Of a stretch of 32,000 nucleotides of DNA, positions 1-9,166 are shown piece by piece. The position numbers and the translations under genes were made by a program. A model generated the notes under the pieces. It saw nothing but the letters and a program-made list of their open reading frames with translations. It had not been told where the DNA came from and ran no database searches. Origin of the DNA: Candidatus Saccharimonadota bacterium (lineage in GTDB: Archaea; Nanobdellota; Nanobdellia; Pacearchaeales; GW2011-AR1); contig JBAZYG010000001.1 of the NCBI GenBank assembly GCA_041659445.1, forward strand, positions 180,001 to 212,000. Reading direction: 5' to 3'. Positions within the stretch are counted from its first letter, which is position 1. Each line of letters begins with the position of its first letter.

Positions 1-108
1 TTACTCATCTCAAGTCCCTTATTTACTTTATTTTCTTATATCACTAATTAGTGGTAACTATTTATAAATGTTTCGTTTTAGATTTAGTAAATTATTAATT
101 TGATTAAT

Positions 109-117
109 TTTATAAAA
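109..117 (+). promoter_or_regulatory. TATA-like box (tttataaaa) upstream of thrS
   Basis: An AT-rich TATA-like octamer is centred about 25 nt upstream of ATG 138. No SD motif follows, so the geometry fits a leaderless or short-leader archaeal promoter. Confidence 0.35.
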
Positions 118-137
118 GAGTAGAACTTTGTTTAAAC

Positions 138-1847
138 ATGAAAACATTATACCTTCATGTAGATTATATTGAATTTGAGCCTTTAAAAAAAGCACTAAAA
201 GATGTTGAAAAACTTGGAGAGCAAGATATTTCTAAAAAAAGAATAGAAGAAGCTTTAGTGATTTTAGTAGCAATTGAAAATGGAGATTCTGTTTCAGATA
301 AATTTCTTGGAGAATTTGTCAACAATACATTGTCTATTTCTGAACAAGTTAAAACAAAAAAAATTGTTCTTTATCCTTATGCTCATCTTTCAAGAAATTT
401 GGGGAATCCGTCTATTGCAATGGAAATTTTTAAAACATTAGAGACTAGACTTAAAAAAGAAAAATTAAATGTTACAAGAGCTCCATTTGGATATTACAAA
501 GCTTTTGAATTAAAGGTTAAGGGACATCCTTTGAGTGAATTGTCGAGGGAAATTATTTTAGGAGATGAATCTAAAGAAATTGAAGAAAAATATGATTCTA
601 AGCAGTTGCTTAGGGAAATTTCAAAATCAAAATTAGATACAACAAAACTCAAAGAAAATGATCATCGAATTTTGGGACAACAAATGGATTTATTCAGTTT
701 TTCTGAAATTGCACCAGGAATGGTTTTTTGGCATAATAATGGTTTAATTATAAGAAATGAATTAATTAATTTTTGGAGGGAAGAACATAGAAAAGCAGGG
801 TATAAAGAAATTTTAACTCCTCAAATTATGGATAAAAAGCTATGGCAAATTTCAGGACATTGGGAAAAATATCGAGAGAATAATTTTTCTACAGAATATG
901 AAAAAAGAAAATTTATGATTAAACCCATGAATTGTCCTGGTGGAATGCTTGTTTTTAAAAGCAAACCAAAAAGTTATAGAGATTTACCGTTGAGAATGGG
1001 TGAACTAGGGGTTGTTCATAGAGTTGAACTTTCAGGTGTTTTAGCTGGTTTGTTTAGAGTTATTCAATTTACACAAGATGATGCACATATTTATTGCACT
1101 GAAGAGCAAATTAACGACGAGGTAATGTCTATTGTTGATTTAATTAAGTTTTTTTACTCAAAATTTAATCTTCCTTTTCATATTGAATTTTCAACAAGAC
1201 CTGAGAAAAGAATAGGAACAGAAAAAGAATGGGATAAAGCTGAAAAACTTTTAGAAGATGTTTTGAAAAAAAATAAATTAAAATATAAAATCAACAAAGG
1301 AGATGGTGCGTTTTACGGGCCTAAAATTGATTTTCATGTTACTGATTCTTTGGGAAGAACATGGCAAACAGCGACGATTCAATTGGATTTACTTCTTCCA
1401 GAAAGATTTGATATAGAATATACTGATAAAGATAATGTTAAAAAAAGGCCAATTATTTTGCATAGAACAATTTATGGAAGTTTAGAAAGATTTTTGGGAA
1501 TTTTGTTAGAACATTTTAATGGAAGATTGCCTGTTTGGCTTTGTCCAGTTCAAGTAAGGGTGTTGAGTTTTACAGATAGAAATATCAAATACAGCGAGAA
1601 GGTTGTTGAAAATTTAAGAAAAGAAATTCCAAATTTAAGAATTGATTTTGATTTTAATCAAACAACTGTTCCTGCAAAAGTCAAAGAAGCAGAATTAATG
1701 AAAGTTCCGTATATAATTGTTGTAGGAGATAAAGAAGAAAAAGAAAATACTCTTGCAGTCCGTGTCAAAGGAAGTAATAAAATTGAAGTTTTTAAGTTAA
1801 ATGATTTTGTTAAAAAATTAAAAAAAGAGATTGAGGATAGAGGGTAA
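138..1847 (+). CDS. thrS: Threonyl-tRNA synthetase, archaeal type with N-terminal editing domain
   Basis: 569-aa ORF. The N-terminus (MKTLYLHVDYIEFEP...YPYAHLS...APFGYYKAF...KGHPLSELSREI) matches the archaea-specific ThrRS editing domain. Class II catalytic core strings are present (FWHNNG, MNCPGG, FTQDDAHIYC, GDGAFYGPKIDF, HRTIYGSLERF), followed by a C-terminal anticodon-binding domain. Confidence 0.95.
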   Translation: MKTLYLHVDYIEFEPLKKALKDVEKLGEQDISKKRIEEALVILVAIENGDSVSDKFLGEFVNNTLSISEQVKTKKIVLYPYAHLSRNLGNPSIAMEIFKTLETRLKKEKLNVTRAPFGYYKAFELKVKGHPLSELSREIILGDESKEIEEKYDSKQLLREISKSKLDTTKLKENDHRILGQQMDLFSFSEIAPGMVFWHNNGLIIRNELINFWREEHRKAGYKEILTPQIMDKKLWQISGHWEKYRENNFSTEYEKRKFMIKPMNCPGGMLVFKSKPKSYRDLPLRMGELGVVHRVELSGVLAGLFRVIQFTQDDAHIYCTEEQINDEVMSIVDLIKFFYSKFNLPFHIEFSTRPEKRIGTEKEWDKAEKLLEDVLKKNKLKYKINKGDGAFYGPKIDFHVTDSLGRTWQTATIQLDLLLPERFDIEYTDKDNVKKRPIILHRTIYGSLERFLGILLEHFNGRLPVWLCPVQVRVLSFTDRNIKYSEKVVENLRKEIPNLRIDFDFNQTTVPAKVKEAELMKVPYIIVVGDKEEKENTLAVRVKGSNKIEVFKLNDFVKKLKKEIEDRG

Positions 1848-1879
1848 ATTTTTATAAACTCTAATTTGATAATTCTTTT

Positions 1880-2380
1880 ATGGAATTCAAGGAATATTCT
1901 GAAAAGTTAAAAAAATCCAAAGAATACAAAGATTTTTTAGTAAAAAATAAAGGTGTTTATTTTTTTTCAGGATTTTTTTCAATAGATCATGAAGGAAAAG
2001 AACTTCCACAAATTAATTTTGATTTTTATGTTCCTTCAAGTTCTGAAATTTATAGTTTTAAGTTTGGAGAAAAAATAGAAATAACTCCAGTAGATAATTA
2101 TGATAAAAGAATTCCAGAAAAATTATCCCTTGATTTTAATTTTAAATTAGAAGATTTTCAAGATTTAATTCTTAAAGAAATGAAAGATAAAGAAATTAAG
2201 AATAACATTAAGAAATTTTTGTTTAGTTATCAGTCTTTAGAGAAAAAACCTTATCTTTTGGTTACTGTTTTTTTATCAAATTTTGGATTATTAAAAGCAC
2301 ATATTGATGTCAAGGAAAAAAGATTCATTTCTTTTGAAAAATCTTCTATCTTAGATATGATGAAAATTCTTAAAAAATAA
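1880..2380 (+). CDS. Hypothetical protein (166 aa)
   Basis: Clean ORF starting 33 nt after thrS, with a TATA-like tttttataaa about 25-30 nt upstream of the ATG. I recognise no motif. Confidence 0.6.
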   Translation: MEFKEYSEKLKKSKEYKDFLVKNKGVYFFSGFFSIDHEGKELPQINFDFYVPSSSEIYSFKFGEKIEITPVDNYDKRIPEKLSLDFNFKLEDFQDLILKEMKDKEIKNNIKKFLFSYQSLEKKPYLLVTVFLSNFGLLKAHIDVKEKRFISFEKSSILDMMKILKK

Positions 2381-2420
2381 TTTCAGAAAGGTTTAAAAAC
2401 AAAATTCAGTCTGAGATAAG

Positions 2421-2660
2421 ATGGTAACAGATGATAATAATATTCCGTATCTTTTGGATAATATCCCTTATTCAGAAAATGGACTTGAAGAGGATTTGTC
2501 TATTTTAGATGGAGATGAAAGAGCTTGCATGAATTGGGAATTGAGAGGCAAGGGTTTTAGTTTTATTAGAAATCCTTTATCAGAAAATTCTCGTTCACGT
2601 GATGACGAAATTAATAATTTAATTTATAGTGGTGAGCCAATTCAAATTAAAAAAAGATAG
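2421..2660 (+). CDS. Hypothetical small acidic protein (79 aa)
   Basis: ATG-initiated ORF with a non-repetitive, D/E/N-rich composition unlike antisense artefacts. Its stop abuts the stop of the convergent methyltransferase gene. No recognisable motif. Confidence 0.4.
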   Translation: MVTDDNNIPYLLDNIPYSENGLEEDLSILDGDERACMNWELRGKGFSFIRNPLSENSRSRDDEINNLIYSGEPIQIKKR

Positions 2661-3257
2661 TTATTTTTCAACAATGAAATTAATCATCATTTCGGTATTG
2701 TGAGTTGAAAGAATTTTAAATTTTGCTTTTTTGAATAAGTCATGAATTTCTTTTTCATCAAATAAATAATAATATCTTTTTCCTTTTTTTCTCCAATCAA
2801 TTAGTTTTTCTTTTCCTTTTTTTTGATTAAATCTTTTTGAATTAAAATTCCAAACTCCAATTAAAGATTTTGAATTTTTTTTCATTACCCTGTATAATTC
2901 TTTGATTGCTTTTTGATGTTCTTTTGGTTTTAGGCAGTGAATTGCTGAGATGCAAATCGAAAAGTCAAAAAAATTGTTTTCAAATGGTAGAGACTTTAAA
3001 TCTGCTACAAAAAATTCTGCTGGAATTTTCAATTTTTTTGCTTTTTTTTCTGCTAATTTAATCATTTTTTCTGAGAAATCTACTAAATACATTTTTCCGT
3101 CTTTCATTTTTTTTAAATGTCTTCCACTTCCACTTCCTAAATCAAGAATTTTTCCAGAACAATTTTTCAAAAAATCTTCACTTAATTTTGAAGGAATTTG
3201 CTTAAATTTTTCCCATTCAGGTGCAATGTTGTTCCAGATTTTTTGTTGAGTTTGCAT
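2661..3257 (-). CDS. Class I SAM-dependent methyltransferase
   Basis: Motif I, ILDLGSGSGRH (GxGxG), followed by an acidic residue after beta2 (YLVDFSEKM) and the typical Methyltransf_11-like length of 198 aa. Confidence 0.85.
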   Translation of the reverse strand: MQTQQKIWNNIAPEWEKFKQIPSKLSEDFLKNCSGKILDLGSGSGRHLKKMKDGKMYLVDFSEKMIKLAEKKAKKLKIPAEFFVADLKSLPFENNFFDFSICISAIHCLKPKEHQKAIKELYRVMKKNSKSLIGVWNFNSKRFNQKKGKEKLIDWRKKGKRYYYLFDEKEIHDLFKKAKFKILSTHNTEMMINFIVEK

Positions 3258-3334
3258 GAATATTCTAAGAATCAGGAAATTAAAATCTTTTCTTTTTCAA
3301 TTAGTTTTTTATACACTGAATTCTTTTTACTTTT

Positions 3335-5269
3335 ATGGATAATTATAAAAAAAAGAGGAAATTCAAAAAGAGGTTTATAATTTTTGGAGTTCTTTTATTA
3401 ATAATCGCTTTGGTCTTTTTGTTTACTCGAGCTTATCTTTATTTAAATTTCCTTTTGGGAAATGATATTGTAATAACTTTAAATGCAGATAAAAGTCATT
3501 TTTTTCTTAAACATGGTGAAAGCGAAACTGTTTCTTTAAAATCTCAAACTTTTGCAAATCCTTTTTGTAGTTTAGAATGCTCTTCAAGTTTTAAAAATTT
3601 AAATACTGGAGAAATTCTTGATGAAGATAGTTTTACTTTAAAATCAACTTTATCTTATACTCGAGAATACAATCTTACATCAAATAATATAGGGGCAGGT
3701 CAAGAGTTTTATAGATTTGAAATTAAATGTAAAAGCATAAAAAAGGTTCTTTGTCAAACAAGTGGTGAAGAAAAAACAAGAAATATTTTAGTGACTTTGG
3801 ATTATAATTTGAACGATTATGAACAAGAAATAAAAAATTCTTCTAAAGAGAACATTTCTTTAATATTTCAAGAAATAAATAATATGCAAGCAAATCTTAT
3901 AGAAATTAATGATAATTTATTAATTTTAGAAAAAAACGACACATCTAATCTTCTTTTTAATGACATAAATAATCTTTCTAATTCTATAAATATTTTGAAT
4001 CAAACTTGTTTTTATCTAATAAATTTATGGGAAAATGAAAGTTATTCAAATCTTGAACAAGAAATGTTTGGATTTGACGAAGATTTTCAAAAAGTTAAAA
4101 CTAATTTTGCAAATGTAAATGAAACTTTTTATTTTCTTACTTTTGAAAATAATCTTTTGTTTAACAATTTTACTTATGCAAGAGAAGGATTAGAATCTTT
4201 AAAACAGCAAAATGTTTCTTTTAATGAAACACTTGAAATCAATTCTTTAATAAGCAAATTTAATCTTATTTCAGACAATGAAAGTAATTACAACGAAATT
4301 TATGGTTTGATTTTTGAAATAAATAATTTTAATATTAGCGGTGAAAAATGTTGTTATGCTTCTGGTTTTCTTTCTGAAGTTCCTATTTCTGAAATTTATT
4401 TAAATGAAATTAATGAATCTTATTCTCTTATTTTTAATGAAAAAAAACCTGTTTGTTGCTTTTTTGGAAAGTGCGAAGATTGTTCAAATAATGAAACTAA
4501 TTATCCAATAGTTTTTGTTCATGGACATAGTTTTAATCATAAAGTTTCTGCAGAATATAGTTTTGATTCTTTTGAAGAAATGCAAGAAAAATTAGAAGAA
4601 GATGGATTTATCAACGGAGGGACTTTAATTTCTGTTTCAAATTCTGAATCCGAGGGAGTTTTTGGAAAATTAAATTATCCTTTTACATTTAGAGTGAGTT
4701 ATTATTTTGATATTTTCAAAAGTTCAGATTCAGTAAAAGTAATTCAAACCAAAAAGGACAATATAGATACTTATGCTATTCGTTTGAATGATATTATTGA
4801 AGAAATTAAATTTCAAACTGGAAAAGATAAAGTAATAATTATTTCTCATAGCATGGGCGGAATTGTTTCTAGAAGATATATGCAAATTTTTGGTGAAGAT
4901 GATGTTTACAAATTTATTAGTATTGGTTCTCCACATCATGGAATAAGTAAAAAAATTTATGATTATTGTAAATTATTTGGAGCAACAGCAGAATGCGACG
5001 ATATGAAAGCCGATAGTTTGTTAATAAATAAAATTAATCAAGATATTTTGGAAGTTCCATCTTACAGCATTATTGGTGTTGGATGTGATATGAATGGTGA
5101 GGATGGAGATGGAATTGTCGAGAATTCAACTGCTTACTTGGATTTTGCTCAAAATTATTATATAAATGGTTCGTGTCCTGGAAATTTTGAATATTTACAT
5201 TTGGACATGGTTAAACCAGATAAGTATCCTGATGTTTATGAAATAATTGTAGAGATTTTAAAAGAATAA
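3335..5269 (+). CDS. Membrane-anchored extracellular alpha/beta-hydrolase (lipase / PGAP1-like C-terminal domain)
   Basis: N-terminal basic stretch plus TM helix (FIIFGVLLLIIALVFLF). A long N/S/E-rich middle region carries many N-x-S/T sequons and Cys pairs. The C-terminal hydrolase has the oxyanion string PIVFVHGHSF, the nucleophile elbow ISHSMGG (GxSxG type), GSPHHG and DGDGIV. Confidence 0.8.
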   Translation: MDNYKKKRKFKKRFIIFGVLLLIIALVFLFTRAYLYLNFLLGNDIVITLNADKSHFFLKHGESETVSLKSQTFANPFCSLECSSSFKNLNTGEILDEDSFTLKSTLSYTREYNLTSNNIGAGQEFYRFEIKCKSIKKVLCQTSGEEKTRNILVTLDYNLNDYEQEIKNSSKENISLIFQEINNMQANLIEINDNLLILEKNDTSNLLFNDINNLSNSINILNQTCFYLINLWENESYSNLEQEMFGFDEDFQKVKTNFANVNETFYFLTFENNLLFNNFTYAREGLESLKQQNVSFNETLEINSLISKFNLISDNESNYNEIYGLIFEINNFNISGEKCCYASGFLSEVPISEIYLNEINESYSLIFNEKKPVCCFFGKCEDCSNNETNYPIVFVHGHSFNHKVSAEYSFDSFEEMQEKLEEDGFINGGTLISVSNSESEGVFGKLNYPFTFRVSYYFDIFKSSDSVKVIQTKKDNIDTYAIRLNDIIEEIKFQTGKDKVIIISHSMGGIVSRRYMQIFGEDDVYKFISIGSPHHGISKKIYDYCKLFGATAECDDMKADSLLINKINQDILEVPSYSIIGVGCDMNGEDGDGIVENSTAYLDFAQNYYINGSCPGNFEYLHLDMVKPDKYPDVYEIIVEILKE

Positions 5270-5276
5270 ATTTATT

Positions 5277-5714
5277 TTATAAAATATGATTAAGCAATAT
5301 TAATTTTTTATTTTCTATATCTGCTTGTAATCTTCTTATTCTACCTGGTTGTGCTAAATTCAATATTCCTCTATTTGCATCAAAAATATCTTTTAAATAG
5401 GGATATATCTCTTCTTTGTCTTTTTCAACTAAATTTGTAAAATAATTTAATACATTTCCAGTATAACTTTCATTTTTTAATTCCTTAATTTTATTTAAAG
5501 GCATGAAATTGCCATTTTGAAATTCAATCCATTCCTTTGGAAATTCATCCACAAGTTTTCTTTCAATCATGTATGGCTTAAGCAACTCTTCATTTGTAAC
5601 GTCCAAATTAATTTCAAGTTTTCTAATTGGAATTGTACCTGAATTAATTATATCTCTCATATGTTTTTCATTGAGGTTGAAAGGTCCAATACGAGTGATT
5701 GGTTGATTTGTCAT
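5277..5714 (-). CDS. Hypothetical protein (145 aa)
   Basis: Clean ORF with balanced composition, divergent from elp3. No recognisable motif. Confidence 0.6.
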   Translation of the reverse strand: MTNQPITRIGPFNLNEKHMRDIINSGTIPIRKLEINLDVTNEELLKPYMIERKLVDEFPKEWIEFQNGNFMPLNKIKELKNESYTGNVLNYFTNLVEKDKEEIYPYLKDIFDANRGILNLAQPGRIRRLQADIENKKLILLNHIL

Positions 5715-5764
5715 GATATATCTATTTTAAAATGATTTAAAAAGATTCTTGTTCCATAAAATAT

Positions 5765-7144
5765 ATGTTGAAACCAGATAAATCTAAAGGCGAAGTGCGA
5801 AAACCGACGAAAACAATTTCAGGAATAACTCCTGTTGCAGTTATGTTGCCTCCTCGTGCGTGCGAGCATGGGGGTTGTGTTTATTGCCCAAATTTAGGCG
5901 TGCCTCAAAGTTATACTCCTAAAAGTCCTGTTGTAATGAGAGCGAGGGAAGTAGAATATGATTCTTTTAAGCAAGTTCAGGCAAGACTAGAGGCTTTTAA
6001 AATTATGAATCATCCTACAGATAAAATTGAGATTATAATTATGGGTGGAACTTTTTTAGAATATCCTGAATCTTTTCAAAATAATTTTATTAAAGGAATT
6101 TATGATGGATTAAATTTTAAAAAATCAAAAAATTTGAGTGAGGCTAAAAAAATAAATGAAACAACAAAACATAGATGTGTTGCTTTATGTGTTGAAACTC
6201 GTCCAGATAAATGTATTAAGTTTATTGATAGAATGCGAGAATGGGGAGTTACAAGAGTTGAGTTAGGTGTTCAGATTATTGACGATAAAATTTACAAATT
6301 AGTTAATAGAGGACATAAAGTTGAAGATGTAGTCCGAGCTACAGAATCTTTGAAAAATGCAGGTTTTAAAATTGGATATCATATAATGCCTGGATTGCCT
6401 GGAAGTAATTTGAAAAAAGATTTAGAGTTATTTAAAAAATTATTTTCAGATGAAAGATTTAAACCTGACCAGTTGAAAATTTATCCTTGTCAAGTTATGC
6501 CTGGTTCTGTATTAGAAAATTGGTATTGGACAGGAAAATACAAACCATATACAAAAGAGCAAATTGAAAAAATTTTAATTGAAATGTTAAAAAAAGTTCC
6601 AAGATATTGCAGAGTTATGAGAGTAATGAGAGAAATTCCTCCAGAATATATTGTCGCTGGAACAAAAAATATTGATTTAAGAGCAGATATTGAAAAAGAA
6701 TTACGAAATAAAAAATTTCAATTAAAAGAAATTCGTTATCGAGAAATTGGGTTTGCATTAAAAGAAAATAAGAAATTTGATAAGAATTTAAAATTAAAAA
6801 TTACAAAATATAATGCTAGTAATGGAAAAGAATATTTTTTAGAAATTATCAATAAAGATGATTTTTTGTTTGGTTTGTTAAGATTGAGAATTTTTAAAGA
6901 AAATAAAATAAAAAAAGCAATTGTTCGAGAACTTCATGTTTATGGCCCGTCTTTAAGATTAGGTGAAAAAGGAAAAGTTTCTCAGCATTCTGGTTTAGGG
7001 AAGTGGTTGTTAGAAGAAGCTGAAAAAATTGTGGAAAAAAATAAAATAAAAAAATTAAATATTATTTCTGGGATTGGAGTTAGAGAATATTACAAAAAGT
7101 TGGGTTATGAATTAGAAAAAGAATATATGGTTAAATATTTATAA
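5765..7144 (+). CDS. elp3: Elp3-family radical-SAM / GNAT acetyltransferase (tRNA U34 modification enzyme)
   Basis: Radical SAM cluster CEHGGCVYC (Cx4Cx2C, the Elp3 spacing). Elp3 core strings GGTF, CVETRPD, VELGVQ and HIMPGLPG are present. The C-terminal GNAT has an acetyl-CoA motif, QHSGLGKWL. Confidence 0.92.
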   Translation: MLKPDKSKGEVRKPTKTISGITPVAVMLPPRACEHGGCVYCPNLGVPQSYTPKSPVVMRAREVEYDSFKQVQARLEAFKIMNHPTDKIEIIIMGGTFLEYPESFQNNFIKGIYDGLNFKKSKNLSEAKKINETTKHRCVALCVETRPDKCIKFIDRMREWGVTRVELGVQIIDDKIYKLVNRGHKVEDVVRATESLKNAGFKIGYHIMPGLPGSNLKKDLELFKKLFSDERFKPDQLKIYPCQVMPGSVLENWYWTGKYKPYTKEQIEKILIEMLKKVPRYCRVMRVMREIPPEYIVAGTKNIDLRADIEKELRNKKFQLKEIRYREIGFALKENKKFDKNLKLKITKYNASNGKEYFLEIINKDDFLFGLLRLRIFKENKIKKAIVRELHVYGPSLRLGEKGKVSQHSGLGKWLLEEAEKIVEKNKIKKLNIISGIGVREYYKKLGYELEKEYMVKYL

Positions 7145-7164
7145 TTGAACTTAATTAATATTTT

Positions 7165-7572
7165 ATGGATTATATTGTTGCATCTGGTCCTGTAATTATT
7201 GAAAATGGGAAATTATTAGTCAATAAAGATAATAGGGATGATTTTTACAAACTTCCTGGAGGAAAAATAGAAGAGGGAGTTGAAAATTTAGAAGATGCTT
7301 GTAAAAGAGAAACAGAAGAAGAAATTAATGGAAAAATTGAGATAATAAAACCATTAAGTCCCATGGTGTTATGGAAAAATCCACAAACAGGAGAGAAAAT
7401 GTGCATTTTGCTAATTCATTATTTATCTAAATTAAAAAATAAATCTGAGATTAAACCAATTTCTCCAATAAAGGAAATTAAATGGCTTGATATTAAAGAA
7501 ATTAAGCAAGGTAAATATATTGTTGCTCCAAATATTAAATTCTTAATTGAAAAAGGTGAGATTAATCTCTAG
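7165..7572 (+). CDS. NUDIX hydrolase
   Basis: Nudix-box-like segment GGKIEEGVENLEDACKRETEEEING (E-x7-RE-x2-EE) in a 135-aa protein of typical size. Confidence 0.8.
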   Translation: MDYIVASGPVIIENGKLLVNKDNRDDFYKLPGGKIEEGVENLEDACKRETEEEINGKIEIIKPLSPMVLWKNPQTGEKMCILLIHYLSKLKNKSEIKPISPIKEIKWLDIKEIKQGKYIVAPNIKFLIEKGEINL

Positions 7573-7774
7573 AATCACTATAAAATTTTTTCCAATTTTC
7601 AAATGAAAGAGGGTTAAGGTCTTGTTCACTTCTAACAAAATATTGACGTGGAGTTGGTCCGTGATTATTCCATTCTCTTTTTCTTATAAGGAATTCCTCT
7701 CTTTTTGCAATTTGGTCAATATAATAATCCATATAATTCTTTAGTAAATTTAATTCTATTTGAAATTCTTCCAT
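7562..7774 (-). CDS. Hypothetical small protein (70 aa)
   Basis: ATG ORF with balanced composition. It is convergent with the NUDIX gene and overlaps its 3' end by 11 nt. No motif. Confidence 0.4.
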   Translation of the reverse strand: MEEFQIELNLLKNYMDYYIDQIAKREEFLIRKREWNNHGPTPRQYFVRSEQDLNPLSFENWKKFYSDSRD

Positions 7775-7907
7775 AAAAATAATGTTAGTTGGAAGTTTAT
7801 AAAGATTATTATTTTAAATTTTTATTCTAATTTGCATTAATAAATTAAATTAATAATATACAATTTAGGACACATATCTTTATTAATAAAACTTGATGTT
7901 TGGTTAA

Positions 7908-8312
7908 ATGAGCTTTGAAGACATTTTAAAAAGAAATCCTAATTTAACACTTAAAGATTTACAAGAACTTCAGAGAGATTATGATAATAGATTTGTAATT
8001 CAAAAAGGTTTTTCTGGTTTTAATAAAGTTAGACATACCTATGCTCATATTGGAAAATTAGTTGGGAGATTAGCAGATTATATTCATGATATGGAAGAAA
8101 ATTCAAAAAATGTTTCTGAAGAAGATATTAAAAATAAAGTAATACCTGATTTGTTAGTATATTCTGCTTGGCTTGCTGAGGAATTTAATGTTGATATGGA
8201 ACAAGCATATCTTAAAAGATTTATTGAGAATTTAAAAAGATTATATTCTGAAAAAGTTTCACCAAATGAAATTCAATCGCTTGAGAATTGTATAAAAGAA
8301 AAATTTAAATAA
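7908..8312 (+). CDS. Hypothetical protein, possibly MazG-like all-alpha NTP pyrophosphohydrolase
   Basis: The 134-aa helical protein has the pattern HIGKLVGRLADYI...IPDLLVYSAWLAEEFNVDMEQAYLKRFIENLKR, which resembles MazG-type helices (E/D...D.L.Y...LA...GIDL..A...K...N..R). The functional call is tentative. Confidence 0.55.
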   Translation: MSFEDILKRNPNLTLKDLQELQRDYDNRFVIQKGFSGFNKVRHTYAHIGKLVGRLADYIHDMEENSKNVSEEDIKNKVIPDLLVYSAWLAEEFNVDMEQAYLKRFIENLKRLYSEKVSPNEIQSLENCIKEKFK

Positions 8313-9165
8313 GATTTAATTTTTTGATACATTCGTTTCCTTTTTTTATGCCTTCTTTATAAAAATTGTATAATTTATCTTTATCTGTCGTTAGTTGCGA
8401 TATATTATATGGAGGTTCTATAAAATATACATTTTTTTGTTTTTTTATTTTATTTATATTCGTTGGTTTTTTTATCTTTTTTAAGAGATACTTAATTCCA
8501 AAATATCTTGTTTCTAATATAATTCTTATAAAATTATATGGGATGTCTTTGAAATCTTGTAATAAACTTATTTTTTTATTTAAAGCAATAATTATTCTTT
8601 TGTTTGGATATTTTTCAATTATTTCATTAATATTCAATCCATCTATTATTTGCCCATCAAAAAATTTTATTTTTTTAGAACTTGCATACGGAACTGCACT
8701 AGAAGCTTCTTTTAATTTTTTTAACATATCTTTTTTACCATTTACCCATTTTACTTCCATTTTTCTTGGGTTAAATAATTTAATCCAAAATTCTATTTTG
8801 GATTTTTCTATTTTATCTTGATTTAATTTTGTTTTTGTTTTTTCAATATTTTTCAAATATTCTAGATTTAAAATATCTAAAGTTTTCTTTTTAATAAAAA
8901 ATCTTTTTATTTTGTGTACCATTTTTTTAAAAGAAAGAGTTTTAATAAATTTGTTTTTTATTGTTAAATCCTCATAGTAAACTTTTGCACCATTTTTTGC
9001 ATTTTCTGATAAAAAGTATGCTCCGTTATGAGCTCCTGCAGATATTCCATAAATGCTATGGATGTGTTGATAAATATTTTTTTCTTGAAAACTTACTACA
9101 ATTCCTGCTCCAAAGACACCTTCCATTGCTCCACCATCCAAGATAAGAATAACATCTCTTTTCAT
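8305..9165 (-). CDS. Patatin-like phospholipase
   Basis: Oxyanion glycine-rich loop LILDGGAMEGVFGAG, nucleophile elbow GISAGA (GxSxG) and a catalytic Asp motif DGQIIDG (DG[GA]). Confidence 0.85.
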   Translation of the reverse strand: MKRDVILILDGGAMEGVFGAGIVVSFQEKNIYQHIHSIYGISAGAHNGAYFLSENAKNGAKVYYEDLTIKNKFIKTLSFKKMVHKIKRFFIKKKTLDILNLEYLKNIEKTKTKLNQDKIEKSKIEFWIKLFNPRKMEVKWVNGKKDMLKKLKEASSAVPYASSKKIKFFDGQIIDGLNINEIIEKYPNKRIIIALNKKISLLQDFKDIPYNFIRIILETRYFGIKYLLKKIKKPTNINKIKKQKNVYFIEPPYNISQLTTDKDKLYNFYKEGIKKGNECIKKLNLI

Positions 9166-9166
9166 C

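Noticed and set aside
1-108. Possible gene end or start at the left window edge
   Set aside because: Only about 100 nt of AT-rich sequence are visible, with stops in several frames and a second TATA-like word (tttataaa, 61-68). No ORF can be supported from so little sequence.
2950-3380. + strand ORFs 2950-3249 and 3198-3380
   Set aside because: The first is antisense to the methyltransferase, which has a clear SAM-binding motif. The second spans the intergenic/promoter region and overlaps the start of the 644-aa gene. Both products are F/L/I/S-rich.
4730-4939. Other short overlapping ORFs (4730-4939 -, 11056-11253 +, 12147-12395 +, 26289-26477 -, 27298-27579 +, 28170-28352 +)
   Set aside because: Each is embedded antisense in a longer ORF that has recognisable motifs or better composition. 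None has its own promoter-like context.
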